Shown here in pieces: positions 48,232-59,427 of a stretch of 64,000 nt of DNA (positions are counted from its first letter, which is position 1; the number at the start of each line of letters is the position of its first letter). The notes under the pieces are model-generated. The model had not been told where the DNA came from, searched no databases, and saw only the letters and a list, made by a program, of their open reading frames with translations. The position numbers and the translations under genes were made by a program. Source of the stretch: Candidatus Uhrbacteria bacterium (GTDB lineage Bacteria; Patescibacteriota; Patescibacteriia; UBA9934; GWF2-40-263); assembly GCA_014239775.1 (NCBI GenBank), contig JAAZYG010000022.1:2218-66217 (forward strand), in the 5' to 3' direction.

Positions 48232-49494
48232 ATGCAAACTCTATTAAAGATTTGGAAAACAAAAGATGTTCGAAACAGTGTTTTGTTTGTCATCTACATG
48301 CTGATTTTGTTTAGAGTTACAGCCCATATTCCAGTTCCAGGTGTAGACACATCAGTTCTGAAAGATATTTTCTCTGGAAATCAATTATATGGATTGATGA
48401 ACATATTTTCAGGAGGTACTCTAGAGAATTTTTCAGTTATGGCAATGGGTGTTATGCCGTATATTACGGCATCAATTATTTTCCAATTATTAGGAATGAT
48501 TGTTCCAACAATTGAGGAAATGCAAAAAGAAGAGCAGGGTAGGCAAAAGATTAACCAATGGACACGTCTTATGACAATTCCATTGTCTGCAATTCAGGCG
48601 TATGGTTTAATATTGCTATTATCTCAAAGTGGACAGTTTTTTACAGACACATCACAAGCAACAGTGCTATTCGCCATACTGTGTATGACGACTGGTACAA
48701 TTTTCTTGATGTGGATCGGTGAATTGATAACTGAAAAGAACATAGGTAACGGTATTTCCATACTAATTTTAGCTGGTATTATCGCAGGTTTACCTACATT
48801 TATAAGTCAGTCCTTGTCTGTATATGATAGAAGTCAGTTGGTAACAATGATTGTTTTTATAGCAATGGTAATTGTAACAGTTGTAAGTATTGTGATGATG
48901 AATGAGGCTCAGAGAAATATACCAGTACAGTATGCACGACACGTACGAGGGTCAAAAAATTCAGGTGCAGTTACATCACACATTCCATTACGGTTAAATA
49001 TGGGTGGTGTGATTCCAATAATTTTTGCTATTTCAATCATTTTATTTCCTACTGTAATTGCACAATTCTTTATAGGTGCAAAAACAGAAATGCTGAGAAA
49101 TATTGCAACAAGCACTCTAGCACTATTTCAGAACCAGTTGTTTTATGGAATTTCATTCTTTGTGCTAGTATTCGCTTTCGCTTACTTTTACACTGCGGTT
49201 ATTTTCCATCCAGATCAGGTTGCTGAAAATATACAAAAGCAAGGTGGGTTTATTCCAGGCATAAGACCAGGGAAACAGACAGCAGATTATCTCGGATGGG
49301 TAACAAATAGAATATTGTTATTAGGAGCATCATTTTTAGGTCTTGTAGCAATATTACCGTTAATAGTTCAGGTGTTTACAGGCAATGCCAATTTGGTTAT
49401 TGGTGGTACATCAATACTAATTATTGTAGCTGTAATGATAGATTCTATTAAGCAAGTTGAAGCACAACTTACAATGAGAGAGTACGAAATGTAA
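48232..49494 (+). CDS. secY: Preprotein translocase SecY
   Basis: GVMPYITASII, IGNGIS, IPGIRPG, GGTSILI. Confidence 0.99.
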   Translation: MQTLLKIWKTKDVRNSVLFVIYMLILFRVTAHIPVPGVDTSVLKDIFSGNQLYGLMNIFSGGTLENFSVMAMGVMPYITASIIFQLLGMIVPTIEEMQKEEQGRQKINQWTRLMTIPLSAIQAYGLILLLSQSGQFFTDTSQATVLFAILCMTTGTIFLMWIGELITEKNIGNGISILILAGIIAGLPTFISQSLSVYDRSQLVTMIVFIAMVIVTVVSIVMMNEAQRNIPVQYARHVRGSKNSGAVTSHIPLRLNMGGVIPIIFAISIILFPTVIAQFFIGAKTEMLRNIATSTLALFQNQLFYGISFFVLVFAFAYFYTAVIFHPDQVAENIQKQGGFIPGIRPGKQTADYLGWVTNRILLLGASFLGLVAILPLIVQVFTGNANLVIGGTSILIIVAVMIDSIKQVEAQLTMREYEM

Positions 49495-49500
49495 TAGTAT

Positions 49501-49525
49501 AAACAGGGCTCCGGCCCTGTTTTTT
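49501..49525 (+). terminator. Intrinsic terminator after secY
   Basis: AAACAGGGC-TCCG-GCCCTGTTT plus T run. Confidence 0.8.
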
Positions 49526-49568
49526 GATTACTCGACTTAATTTACTACTTTGTTATACTGTTTTCTGT

Positions 49569-50201
49569 ATGAGCAACGAATCAAGAAAAATAATATTAAT
49601 GGGTCCACAAGGAAGCGGTAAAGGCACTCAAGCAAAATTAATATCAGACAAACTTGGTATACCAGATTTTGCAATGGGGCAGTTAATAAGAGATGAAGTA
49701 TCTAATAAAACTGAGTTTGGAAAAAAATTAAATGAAATTATAATAAAGGGAGAGTTGGTTTCAGATGTAGATGCTGCAAATTTATTAAAATTACGCCTAC
49801 AAAGCAAAGATACAGAAAATGGCTATGTACTTGATGGCTATCCAAGAAATATGGATCAGTACAATGCATTTAATTTTGATAAACCAACGCATGTGATTTT
49901 AATTGACATACAAATTGAAGAATCTTTGCGTAGATTAGGTTCAAGGGTTACGTGTGATGTTTGTGGTCAGATAGATAGTCTTAAAAATGGTATTAATATA
50001 GGTGACAGTTGTGTGTGTGGAGGAATTTGGGTGCAAAGAGCAGATGATAAAAAAGAAGCTATCGAGCGAAGATTGGATATTTATAAAAAAGATACAGCAC
50101 CTGTAATTAACAAGTATGAAGAGCAAGGTGCGGTGTATAAAGTGGATGGATCAGGAAGTGTAGATAAGGTACATGATTTAATAATGAAAATAATTACATA
50201 A
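49569..50201 (+). CDS. adk: Adenylate kinase (zinc LID)
   Basis: GPQGSGKGTQA, LDGYPR, CDVC..CVC, RADD. Confidence 0.95.
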   Translation: MSNESRKIILMGPQGSGKGTQAKLISDKLGIPDFAMGQLIRDEVSNKTEFGKKLNEIIIKGELVSDVDAANLLKLRLQSKDTENGYVLDGYPRNMDQYNAFNFDKPTHVILIDIQIEESLRRLGSRVTCDVCGQIDSLKNGINIGDSCVCGGIWVQRADDKKEAIERRLDIYKKDTAPVINKYEEQGAVYKVDGSGSVDKVHDLIMKIIT

Positions 50202-50202
50202 T

Positions 50203-50982
50203 ATGGCATTCACAAAAACAGAGGATGAAATTCAAAAAATGCGTGAGGGCGGTGCTTTACTTTCCAGTGCATTAAAAGCAGCTGTAGATGCAGTGAGACC
50301 AGGTATAAAAATAAATGAACTAGATAAAATAGGTGAAGAAGTGATTCTGGCTGGTGGAGGAAAACCTTCTTTTAAAGGATATAAAACAAGACCAACAGAC
50401 ACGCCATTTCCAAGTACAATATGTATTTCTATAAACAGTGAGGTTGTTCATGGGTGTGGAGATAGGGAAGTTGTATTACAAGAAGGTGATGTTGTTGGTC
50501 TAGATATAGGTTGCTGGTATAAGGGGTTGTGTACAGACATGGCTGTAACAGTTCCTGTAGGTGAAATATCAGACGATGTAAAAAAACTACTACAGGTTAC
50601 AAAGGAGTCTATGTATAAGGGGGTTGAGAACGCAAAAGTTGGAAACAATGTTAAAGATATTAGCCAGGCAATAGAAGATCATATTACTCCACATGAATAC
50701 GGTATTGTACGTGCACTTGTGGGTCATGGTGTTGGTCATGAAGTTCATGAGGCACCTCATGTTCCAAATTTTGTTTCAAAGATGTATAACAAAATTAAGT
50801 TGGTTGATGGTATGTGTATAGCAATAGAGCCAATGGTTGGACTTGGTGGTTCACACGAGATTGAGACAGCAGATGATGGTTGGGCAATTTTAATGAAAGA
50901 TGGTTCAATAAGTGGCCATTTTGAGGTGACAATTGCTATTACAAATAATGGAACAGAAATTTTAACACCGCTACCTGTTTAG
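50203..50982 (+). CDS. map: Methionine aminopeptidase type I
   Basis: VVHG, DIG..D, GHGVG..HE, EPM, HFE. Confidence 0.96.
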   Translation: MAFTKTEDEIQKMREGGALLSSALKAAVDAVRPGIKINELDKIGEEVILAGGGKPSFKGYKTRPTDTPFPSTICISINSEVVHGCGDREVVLQEGDVVGLDIGCWYKGLCTDMAVTVPVGEISDDVKKLLQVTKESMYKGVENAKVGNNVKDISQAIEDHITPHEYGIVRALVGHGVGHEVHEAPHVPNFVSKMYNKIKLVDGMCIAIEPMVGLGGSHEIETADDGWAILMKDGSISGHFEVTIAITNNGTEILTPLPV

Positions 50983-50983
50983 T

Positions 50984-51376
50984 ATGAGAATATTAGGAAT
51001 TGATTATGGAGATAAAAAAATTGGATTAGCTTTCGGTGATAGTAGTATTGCTGTTGCGGTACCTCTTGATGTTGTGCCAAACATGGGAGATGAAACAATT
51101 AGAGTGTTTACTGAAAAAGTAAAAGAAGATGATATTGATGTAATAGTTGTCGGTACTCCACTTGCAACAGGCGACCATCATAATTCTGATCAGCTTAAGA
51201 AGACAAGAGATTTTATAGAAAAATTAAAAGTAGCAATAAATATTCCAGTAATAGAAGAAGATGAGGCATATACAACAGCAGAAAGCTTAAGGCTACAAAA
51301 AGAAGAAGGTGCTCAGGCACAAGAAGATGCGCTGGCAGCAATGTTGATAATACGTTCTTACATGGGAAGAAACTAA
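50984..51376 (+). CDS. ruvX: RuvX/YqgF pre-16S rRNA nuclease
   Basis: GIDYGDKKIGLA, DEAYTT, DALAAMLI. Confidence 0.93.
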   Translation: MRILGIDYGDKKIGLAFGDSSIAVAVPLDVVPNMGDETIRVFTEKVKEDDIDVIVVGTPLATGDHHNSDQLKKTRDFIEKLKVAINIPVIEEDEAYTTAESLRLQKEEGAQAQEDALAAMLIIRSYMGRN

Positions 51377-51380
51377 AAAC

Positions 51381-52157
51381 ATGTCACTTATATATCAGAC
51401 AAAAGGAATTGTATTATCATCACGTGAGTTTCGTGAGTCAGATCGTTGGTACAAAGTGTATACACAAGATGGTGGAAAAGTAGAATTTTTAGCGCGTGGT
51501 GGCAGCAAATCTCTTGCAAAGCTGACTCCGCATTTAGAGATGGTTGCAGAGTCTGATTTTATGTTAGTTCAAGGCAGGCATTATAAAATACTAGCCGGTG
51601 TTGAGCGAAGAAGGTCTTTTGCAAACATATACGACAATTTATTTAAAATGACATTAGCCAAGAACGCACTTCATCTTGTAGATATTGGTACGTGTGCTGA
51701 CGAAGATGATTCAGCTGTGTATGAGTTGCTAAAAAACTGGCTAAATTTTATTAATGAAACAAATGAGTTTAGTAGAGGAAGAGCAAGTTTTTTATTAGGT
51801 TCATTTGCATGGAATTTAATGGCAATAACAGGGTATCTTCCAGAATTACACCGATGTCTGTCGTGTAGAGATGCTATCCAGGGGGGTATGTATAAATGGC
51901 ACGGTTTACGTGGAGGGGTGGTTTGTGAAAGATGTATAGACAAAAATACTGAACATTGGTTTGCGTCACGTCAAATATCAGATCAGACAATAAAGTTAAT
52001 AAGGTTTTCTTTGCAAGAATCATTTATAAATCAATTAAATCCTCACATAAGCGGACAGTTGTTGGATGATTTTCATGAAGTCACAGAGTCGTTTATTGTG
52101 TCTCATTTCCCAACGATTCCAGCAAATTCAATCCGAGCAAGTTGCTCATTAATATAA
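51381..52157 (+). CDS. recO: DNA repair protein RecO
   Basis: GIVL..ESD..GK..ARG; CLSC..CERC. Confidence 0.9.
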   Translation: MSLIYQTKGIVLSSREFRESDRWYKVYTQDGGKVEFLARGGSKSLAKLTPHLEMVAESDFMLVQGRHYKILAGVERRRSFANIYDNLFKMTLAKNALHLVDIGTCADEDDSAVYELLKNWLNFINETNEFSRGRASFLLGSFAWNLMAITGYLPELHRCLSCRDAIQGGMYKWHGLRGGVVCERCIDKNTEHWFASRQISDQTIKLIRFSLQESFINQLNPHISGQLLDDFHEVTESFIVSHFPTIPANSIRASCSLI

Positions 52158-52210
52158 GGTTGAAAGTATTCAGATTATTGTCTAAACTAGAATGTGTTAT
52201 AGAAAAAATT

Positions 52211-53509
52211 ATGATTGAAACTACAATTTCTGACATATCAGAACATATAGGTGAGCAAGTAAAACTAAGTGGATGGGCGTATAATTTTCGTTCTAGTGGC
52301 AAAATATTCTTTCTACAGTTAAGGGACGGTACGGGTCGTATACAGGCTGTATATGTAAAAAATGACTTAACAGATGAACAGTGGGATAGATTACAAGACA
52401 TAAACATAGAATCATCTATACGTGTTATTGGTACTGTAAAACAGGACGATCGATCACCAACCGGATTTGAGTTGGGTGGTATGGACATAGAAATAATAAA
52501 TCTTTCAAAAGATGATTATCCTATTAGCAAAAAAGAACATGGACCAGATTTCTTGCTAGATAACAGGCATCTTTGGTTAAGATCAAATAAACAGTGGGCG
52601 ATCCAAAAAATTAGAAATACAATCATTCAGTCTACATACGAGTACATGAATGATAATGGTTTTATAAAATTTGATTCTCCTATTTTAACACCGAGCGCTT
52701 GTGAGGGAACAACAGAATTATTTGAAGTAGAATATTTCGATAGTGGAAATGCTTATTTGTCGCAGTCAGGACAGCTTTATTTAGAGGCGGGTATAATGAG
52801 CTTAAGAAGATGTTTTGATTTTGGTCCAGTATTTCGAGCTGAGAAATCTAAAACAAGAAGGCACTTAACTGAGTTTTGGATGATGGATGCAGAAGCTGCT
52901 TTTGTTGGTCATGATGAAAACATAAAAATTCAAGAAGAACTAATTATAAAAATAGTTAAAGATGTTTTAGAAAAAAATTCAGATGAATTAAAGGCTCTAG
53001 AACGAGATGTTGAACCATTGAAAAAAGTTAAAGCACCATTTATAAGATTGACTTATAAAGATGCAATTACAAAATTACAAGAATTGGGCAGTGACATTGG
53101 TGACTCTGATGATCTGGGTGCAGATGATGAGACAATGCTTACAAAAGAGTATGAGAAACCAATCTTCATAGAGCGGTATCCTGCAGAAGTAAAAGCCTTT
53201 TACATGAAACGTGATCCAGAAAATCCAGCACTAGTATTGAATAACGACTTATTAGCACCAGAGGGTTATGGTGAAATCATAGGTGGATCAGAAAGGGAAG
53301 ACAACTATGATGAATTGTTAGAGCGCATAAAAGAAGACGGCTTGCCACTCGAAGAGTTTCAATGGTATCTAGATTTAAGACGTTATGGATCAGTTCAGCA
53401 TTCAGGTTTTGGTTACGGTCTTGAGCGTATAGTAACTTGGATATGTGGCATACATCACCTAAGAGAAACAATTCCTTTCCCAAGAATGATTAATAGAAAA
53501 ACACCATAA
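52211..53509 (+). CDS. asnS: Asparagine--tRNA ligase
   Basis: SQSGQLYLE, FRAEKSKTRRHLTEFWM, WYLDLRRYGS..GLER. Confidence 0.96.
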   Translation: MIETTISDISEHIGEQVKLSGWAYNFRSSGKIFFLQLRDGTGRIQAVYVKNDLTDEQWDRLQDINIESSIRVIGTVKQDDRSPTGFELGGMDIEIINLSKDDYPISKKEHGPDFLLDNRHLWLRSNKQWAIQKIRNTIIQSTYEYMNDNGFIKFDSPILTPSACEGTTELFEVEYFDSGNAYLSQSGQLYLEAGIMSLRRCFDFGPVFRAEKSKTRRHLTEFWMMDAEAAFVGHDENIKIQEELIIKIVKDVLEKNSDELKALERDVEPLKKVKAPFIRLTYKDAITKLQELGSDIGDSDDLGADDETMLTKEYEKPIFIERYPAEVKAFYMKRDPENPALVLNNDLLAPEGYGEIIGGSEREDNYDELLERIKEDGLPLEEFQWYLDLRRYGSVQHSGFGYGLERIVTWICGIHHLRETIPFPRMINRKTP

Positions 53510-53511
53510 AT

Positions 53512-54915
53512 ATGAAACGTACATGGATTAAAAATACAACTGATAAAATAGGCGAAACTATTAGAATAAACGGCTGGGTTAATACCATACGAGAAATGGG
53601 AGATAATTTGTTGTTTATTGATTTACGTGATGGAACAGGATTGGTTCAGCTTGTTTGTTATAAACCAGACATGGATGAGGCAACAATTGAAATTGTGCAT
53701 TCATTAAAATCAGAATTTGTTTTAGAGGCAATAGGTGAAGTAAAGAAGCGTGGCGAAAAACAGATTAACACTGATTTGGAAACAGGCACTATCGAGGTTG
53801 GTGTAACATCAATTAAAATTTTAAATAAATCTAAGACACCTCCATTTGAAATAGATAAGGACACATCGTCTGTAAATGAGGAGCTAAGAATGAAATATAG
53901 ATATCTAGATCTTAGGACAAAAAGAATGCAGAGAAATATAAGAACAAGAGATAGTATCATAACTTTTTTGCGTGGGTATATGCATGAGAATGATTTTGTT
54001 GAAATAGAGACACCTATTTTAATGAAGGGTACGCCAGAAGGTGCTAGGGAATTTATGGTTCCAGCAAGGCTACATCCCGGAAAATTTTATGTACTTCCAC
54101 AATCACCACAGCAATTTAAACAATTAGCAATGGTTGCTGGTTTTGAAAGATACTTTCAATTAGCACGTTGTTTTAGAGATGAGGATCAGAGAGGTGACAG
54201 ACAGCCAGAGTTTACGCAGCTTGATTTTGAAATGTCATTTGTAACACGTAATGAAGTGCTGGACTATACAGAAAAAATGTTTATTGCAATGATTGAAAAA
54301 TTATTTCCTGAGAAAAAAATCACATCAAAACCTTTTCCACGTTTAACTCATGCTGAATCAATTAAAAAATATGGTACAGACAAACCAGACTTAAGGGAGA
54401 ATAAAGATGATCCAAATGAATTGGCTTTTGGTTGGGTGGTAGACTTTCCAATGTTTGAAACATTAGAAGATGGGACAATTCAGTCAATGCATCATCCGTT
54501 CTGTGCAATTCATCCTGAAGATATTCAAAAATTAGATTCAGACCCAATGAGTGTTAGAGCAGATGCATATGATTTATTTCTAAACGGGTATGAGTTATCA
54601 AGTGGTAGTATAAGAATTCACGAAAGAGAAATGCAGAAAAAGATTTTTGATATTTTGGGTATATCACCTAAGGAACAAGAAGAGAAATTTGGACATATGC
54701 TTGAGGCGTTTTAGTTCGGTGCGCCACCACATGGTGGATTTGCTCCGGGCATTGATCGAATAGTAATGTTAATGGTAAACGAACCAAATATAAGAGAAGT
54801 TATACCATTTGCTAAAACTGGTGATGCTAGGGACCCAATGATGGGCGCACCTTCAGTGCTTGAGGATAAGAGATTGTCAGAAGTTCATATACAAAAAATT
54901 AATAAAAAAAGCTAA
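53512..54915 (+). CDS. aspS: Aspartate--tRNA ligase (no GAD insert) with in-frame TAG at 54712-54714
   Basis: [26 protein letters not shown]; after the TAG the frame continues [22 protein letters not shown] to TAA 54913-54915. Confidence 0.93.
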
Positions 54916-54989
54916 TATTAGCTAAAAAAACCAGATTATATTTATGGTTTTTTTATTTTGATCAAAGCGTAAATTTAGGTTAAAATAAC

Positions 54990-55691
54990 ATGGATATGTC
55001 TTTTGAAGTGAAACTAAATCAATACGCAGGACCTTTACAAGTCCTACTTGAATTAATAGAAAAAGATGAGTTACCAATCACAGAGGTGTCACTTGCAGAA
55101 GTGACAGATGATTATATTCGCCATGTAAATAAACATCAACCAGATTCAGATGAATTGGCTGATTTTATTGTAATAGCATCGAGATTACTTTTAATTAAAT
55201 CACGCGCCATCCTACCATCAGTTGAAGAGGAAGAAGTACCTGAATCAACATTGGCACTTCAGCTGCGTTTGTATAAATTATTTGTTGATGCATCAAACAA
55301 TTTAAGCGCACTTCATCAGAGTGACAATGAATCATTTTCACGCTTAAAATCAGATGTGATTAAAAAACCAAATTTTAATTTTCCAGAAGGTCTTACTGTA
55401 GATTCATTAGAGAAAAGTTTTATCATTTTATTAAAAAGACTGGAGCCATATTTTAGTTTAAAAAGAGTGGCATTAGAAAGAATTGCAACAGTTCAAGAAA
55501 GAATGAAGGAAATACACGATTCAATTTTAGACAGATCCAGACTAACCTTTAAATACATGATTACAAAGAGTCGTTCCAAAGTTGATATAGTTGTAAGTTT
55601 TTTAGCACTTCTTGAGTTGGTAAAACAAAATATTATCCATACAGTTCAATCAGACACATTTTCAGACATAGAAATAAAACGTATAGATTAA
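54990..55691 (+). CDS. scpA: Segregation/condensation protein A
   Basis: GPLQVLLELI, LLIKSR, FLALLELVK. Confidence 0.93.
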   Translation: MDMSFEVKLNQYAGPLQVLLELIEKDELPITEVSLAEVTDDYIRHVNKHQPDSDELADFIVIASRLLLIKSRAILPSVEEEEVPESTLALQLRLYKLFVDASNNLSALHQSDNESFSRLKSDVIKKPNFNFPEGLTVDSLEKSFIILLKRLEPYFSLKRVALERIATVQERMKEIHDSILDRSRLTFKYMITKSRSKVDIVVSFLALLELVKQNIIHTVQSDTFSDIEIKRID

Positions 55692-55693
55692 TT

Positions 55694-56242
55694 ATGATCG
55701 TAACAAAACTAGAAGCAATTTTATTTGCAATAGCAAAACCCATATCAATAAAAAAATTATCTAAGCAACTAGATGTTTCACAAGAGATTATTATTCAATC
55801 AATAGAAGATGTGAAGATAAGATTTAATACACCAGAATCAGGAATACATTTAATCGAACAAGATGGTGATATTCAATTTACAACAAATCCAGTGTCATCT
55901 AAGGATGTTGCATTATTTTTAAAGCAGGCAGAAAGTGGTCCGCTAACCAGACCTTCGTTGGAGGCGCTTACAGTCATTGCATATAGAGGTCCAATAACAA
56001 AACCAGAAATTGAACAAATCAGAGGAATAAACTGCAGTCTTATAATCAGAAATTTATTAATACGAGGTCTGATTGATGAAAAAGAGGACAGGGAACGACT
56101 TCAGCCAGTTTACAGTTTATCTATGAAATTTATAAAAACATTGGGAATAAACAAAATAAGTGATTTACCAGAGTATGAGTCATTTAATAGTAATGAGCAG
56201 ATTGATAATTTAATAGAGCAGACAAATACAGAAGACGCATGA
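55694..56242 (+). CDS. scpB: Segregation/condensation protein B
   Basis: LEAILF, LEALTVIAYRGPITK..IRG. Confidence 0.94.
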   Translation: MIVTKLEAILFAIAKPISIKKLSKQLDVSQEIIIQSIEDVKIRFNTPESGIHLIEQDGDIQFTTNPVSSKDVALFLKQAESGPLTRPSLEALTVIAYRGPITKPEIEQIRGINCSLIIRNLLIRGLIDEKEDRERLQPVYSLSMKFIKTLGINKISDLPEYESFNSNEQIDNLIEQTNTEDA

Positions 56243-57204
56243 TTATAAAATTATTAACACAAGCAGTAATTGCCACAACGCTACTTAATTTATTTCCAGT
56301 TGATGCAAAAGACTTGGAACAATTAGTACAAAATGGTGAGAACATAGAGGTATCAACATACACAGCCTTTGATTTTAAGGATGCCAATTCTTTAAGTTCA
56401 AATATAGTAGAAACAGCGCCTGTAAAAGTAAAAAAGAACAGCATGGGGGTTGTAACAAGTGCTGTTAGTGCGGTTGTTGTTGATCAGAAAACAAATACTA
56501 TATTATTTAAAAAAAATATAGATGCACCACGTTCAATTGGTAGTATCACAAAACTAATGACAGCACATGTATTTTTAAAAACGCAGCCAGATTTAGAAAA
56601 AACAATAAAATTAATTTATAAGGATTTACAGTTTGGGGGAACACAGCATTTATCTATGGAGGATGAATATAAAATTAAGGATATCTTAATGGCTAGTTTA
56701 ATAAGTTCTGATAATACAGCAACTCAAGCCCTTGTGCGTCTTTCTAATTTGAATCAAGGTGATTTTATTGCAGCAATGAATGAAGAAGCTGCAAATATGG
56801 GTATGCAGAGAACGACTTTTGTTGATGCAACTGGTCTTTCATCAAAAAACCAATCTGTAGTTACAGATATTGTTAAGATGCTAAATGCAATAAGTAAAAA
56901 TGAAATCATTACAAATGCAACACAAAAAAGTAATACGATAATATATGGTTTATCTGGTGATTCATTCAATTTAAAAAATACAAATGAGTTATTAACTACT
57001 TTTATAAATTCAGATCCGTATCAAATAGAGCTTGCAAAAACAGGTTTTCTACCAGAGGCTGGTTATTGTTTAGGCTCAGTTTTTTCAAATAAAAATAAGG
57101 ATAGAATACTTATTGTAGTTTTAGGATCAGATTCTAAAGATGGACGTTTTCAAGATGTGAAATCCTTAGCTGTTTGGTCATATAATACTTATAGTTGGAA
57201 TTAA
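56239..57204 (+). CDS. D-alanyl-D-alanine carboxy/endopeptidase (peptidase S11)
   Basis: SITK, SDN, KTG motifs; signal-like N-terminus. Confidence 0.92.
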   Translation: MIIKLLTQAVIATTLLNLFPVDAKDLEQLVQNGENIEVSTYTAFDFKDANSLSSNIVETAPVKVKKNSMGVVTSAVSAVVVDQKTNTILFKKNIDAPRSIGSITKLMTAHVFLKTQPDLEKTIKLIYKDLQFGGTQHLSMEDEYKIKDILMASLISSDNTATQALVRLSNLNQGDFIAAMNEEAANMGMQRTTFVDATGLSSKNQSVVTDIVKMLNAISKNEIITNATQKSNTIIYGLSGDSFNLKNTNELLTTFINSDPYQIELAKTGFLPEAGYCLGSVFSNKNKDRILIVVLGSDSKDGRFQDVKSLAVWSYNTYSWN

Positions 57205-57699
57205 ATGACTGATATAATAGTAAACATTTTTAGTAAGTTGAGTTTAGAGGTGGCAACAGTATTGCTGGCAACTTTACCATTTACAGAATTGAGAGCTTCT
57301 ATACCTGTGGCGATTACTGTGTTTGGATTTAGTGCTATTAAGGCAACATTACTTTCATTTATTGGAAATATAATACCAATATTTTTGATATTACTATTTT
57401 TACCATCTATAGTAAGATTTGCCGAAAAGAATTCACAATTACTAAAAGTATTTTTAGATAAATACTTTAGGACTCTTGAAAAAAAATATAAATACAAATA
57501 TGAAAAGTATGGATCTGTAATTTTATTTGCATTTGTGGCAGTTCCTCTTCCAGGGTCAGGGGCATGGACCGCATCTATATTGGCTGTTTTATTTAAAATA
57601 AGACCAAAATATAGTATACCAAGCATAATTGCTGGATTATTTATTTCAGCAATATTGGTTTTATATATAACTAGGGGTGGAATAGTATTGTTTACGTAG
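57205..57699 (+). CDS. Small multidrug export-like protein (COG2426)
   Basis: PFTELRASIP, FVAVPLPGSGAWT. Confidence 0.88.
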   Translation: MTDIIVNIFSKLSLEVATVLLATLPFTELRASIPVAITVFGFSAIKATLLSFIGNIIPIFLILLFLPSIVRFAEKNSQLLKVFLDKYFRTLEKKYKYKYEKYGSVILFAFVAVPLPGSGAWTASILAVLFKIRPKYSIPSIIAGLFISAILVLYITRGGIVLFT

Positions 57700-57700
57700 T

Positions 57701-58876
57701 ATGTTAATAGCTATAGATGCAACTACAATTTGTGATAATGATGGCGGTGTTGGTGCAGGAATCGAACATTATACATGGTCAATAGTATTTAATCTTATCA
57801 GGTTAAATACTTCACATAAATTTTTAATTATTATTCCAAAAGAATTTTCAGTAATCAGACGCAATCAACTAATGGAAGGCGTTGATAGGGTGGAGTGTAT
57901 GGAAATACTTGGACCAAAAATAAAGTTTTTAAGTAGGCATGTTGTTTTACCTTTAATCTTCTTGTTTAAAAAGGTAGATGTATTATTTTCACCATTTGGG
58001 CAAATACCATTATTCTTTAGGGGTAAAAGCATAATAACAATTCATGATGTAATGATATATACAAATCCAGAATGGTTTAATGAAGAGCAAAAAAAAGAAT
58101 TTTCAACAAGAATCGTTGTACCAAATTCAATTGAAAAAGCAGATAATATTATTTGTGTTTCAAATGCAACAAAGATTGCATTAAATAACTTATTTCCAAT
58201 AACAATAGAAAAGTCTGTGGTTGTCTATGAAGGAGTGAGTGTTCCTTATGCTGAAGAGGTGAATATTGTAAATGACAGATTTCCTTTTGATAAAGATTAT
58301 GTTTTATTTTTGGGAACAGTAGAACCAAGGAAGAATTTAGTGAATGCATTTAAAGCGTTTAATAAATTTTTAGAGGATCACATCGAGCAAGTTGATAATG
58401 TTAGATTTATTGTTGCAGGAAGACGTGGTTGGAAAACAGAGGAAGTAGATAATATGCTAATGAAAGTTAATAAAAAATGGTCACATATTGAGCCAAATGG
58501 TGTGATTCAGTTTTTAGGTGCTGTTACAGAAGAAGAAAAGTGGATTTTATTGAGACGTGCATCAGTTTTAATTTTTACTTCATTTGGCGAAGGGTTTGGG
58601 CTACCTATTTTAGAGGCTATGAGTGTTGGTGTGCCCGTAATAAGTAGCAGGGAGGGGTCGCTTGAAGAGATAGGTGGCGATGTTCCAATATATACGGATC
58701 CAGAAGATTTGGAGGCAATGTCCTTTGCAATTGCACAGTGCTTACTTTTACCAGAAGGTGTAGTTAATTTAAGGAATGATGGGTACAGACATGTAGAAAA
58801 ATATAATTGGAAGGATACAGCAAAAAAGACACTTAAAATTATTCAAGAAACAAAAAACTTTCCAGAAGGAAAGTGA
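57701..58876 (+). CDS. Glycosyltransferase family 4
   Basis: TIHD, GTVEPRKN, EGFGLPILEAM. Confidence 0.94.
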   Translation: MLIAIDATTICDNDGGVGAGIEHYTWSIVFNLIRLNTSHKFLIIIPKEFSVIRRNQLMEGVDRVECMEILGPKIKFLSRHVVLPLIFLFKKVDVLFSPFGQIPLFFRGKSIITIHDVMIYTNPEWFNEEQKKEFSTRIVVPNSIEKADNIICVSNATKIALNNLFPITIEKSVVVYEGVSVPYAEEVNIVNDRFPFDKDYVLFLGTVEPRKNLVNAFKAFNKFLEDHIEQVDNVRFIVAGRRGWKTEEVDNMLMKVNKKWSHIEPNGVIQFLGAVTEEEKWILLRRASVLIFTSFGEGFGLPILEAMSVGVPVISSREGSLEEIGGDVPIYTDPEDLEAMSFAIAQCLLLPEGVVNLRNDGYRHVEKYNWKDTAKKTLKIIQETKNFPEGK

Positions 58877-58878
58877 TT

Positions 58879-59343
58879 TTATAGCTTTGTTTGTAAATAT
58901 GCTATGAGAACTATTTGAGCAAGTAATGCATAGTATAATGGGACATCACCCTTTCGTTTTACAAAGAAATCATGGAAAAAAAAGTGCAATTTATTAAACC
59001 ACTCAAGAAGAGGTGTTTTTGTTATTTCATATACTCCGATTATTAAATCTGGCAGCACACTTCCTACTATACCCCAGCTAAAAGTATTCATTGATGCAAT
59101 GTCACGAGTATTGGCAAGTATTAATACAAAAAATAACGCAATAATTCCATCTATCACCACATATGCTACTGCACGTTTTCTGTTAACTTTATGTATTTTA
59201 TAATTATCCGCTAGTCCTGTATCACCATGGGGCACCATATCAATAGCAAAATGCGATATGAACCCTAAAATAAAAGCCCATACAGGATTTCCCACAGCAT
59301 GGCCTATTACAGCACCTAATGTTGCATGAGTTGTAAGTGTCAT
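58879..59343 (-). CDS. Membrane protein, metal-dependent hydrolase-like
   Basis: TH..G, SHFAIDMVPH, GSVLPD, H..H. Confidence 0.7.
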   Translation of the reverse strand: MTLTTHATLGAVIGHAVGNPVWAFILGFISHFAIDMVPHGDTGLADNYKIHKVNRKRAVAYVVIDGIIALFFVLILANTRDIASMNTFSWGIVGSVLPDLIIGVYEITKTPLLEWFNKLHFFFHDFFVKRKGDVPLYYALLAQIVLIAYLQTKL

Positions 59344-59427
59344 AAGTCACGAAGATTATAGCATGTAGGTGCTCTTGTTGCCAGATATAGGCATTTTTGT
59401 TAACATTTTATCCGCTAGCAAAAATTA

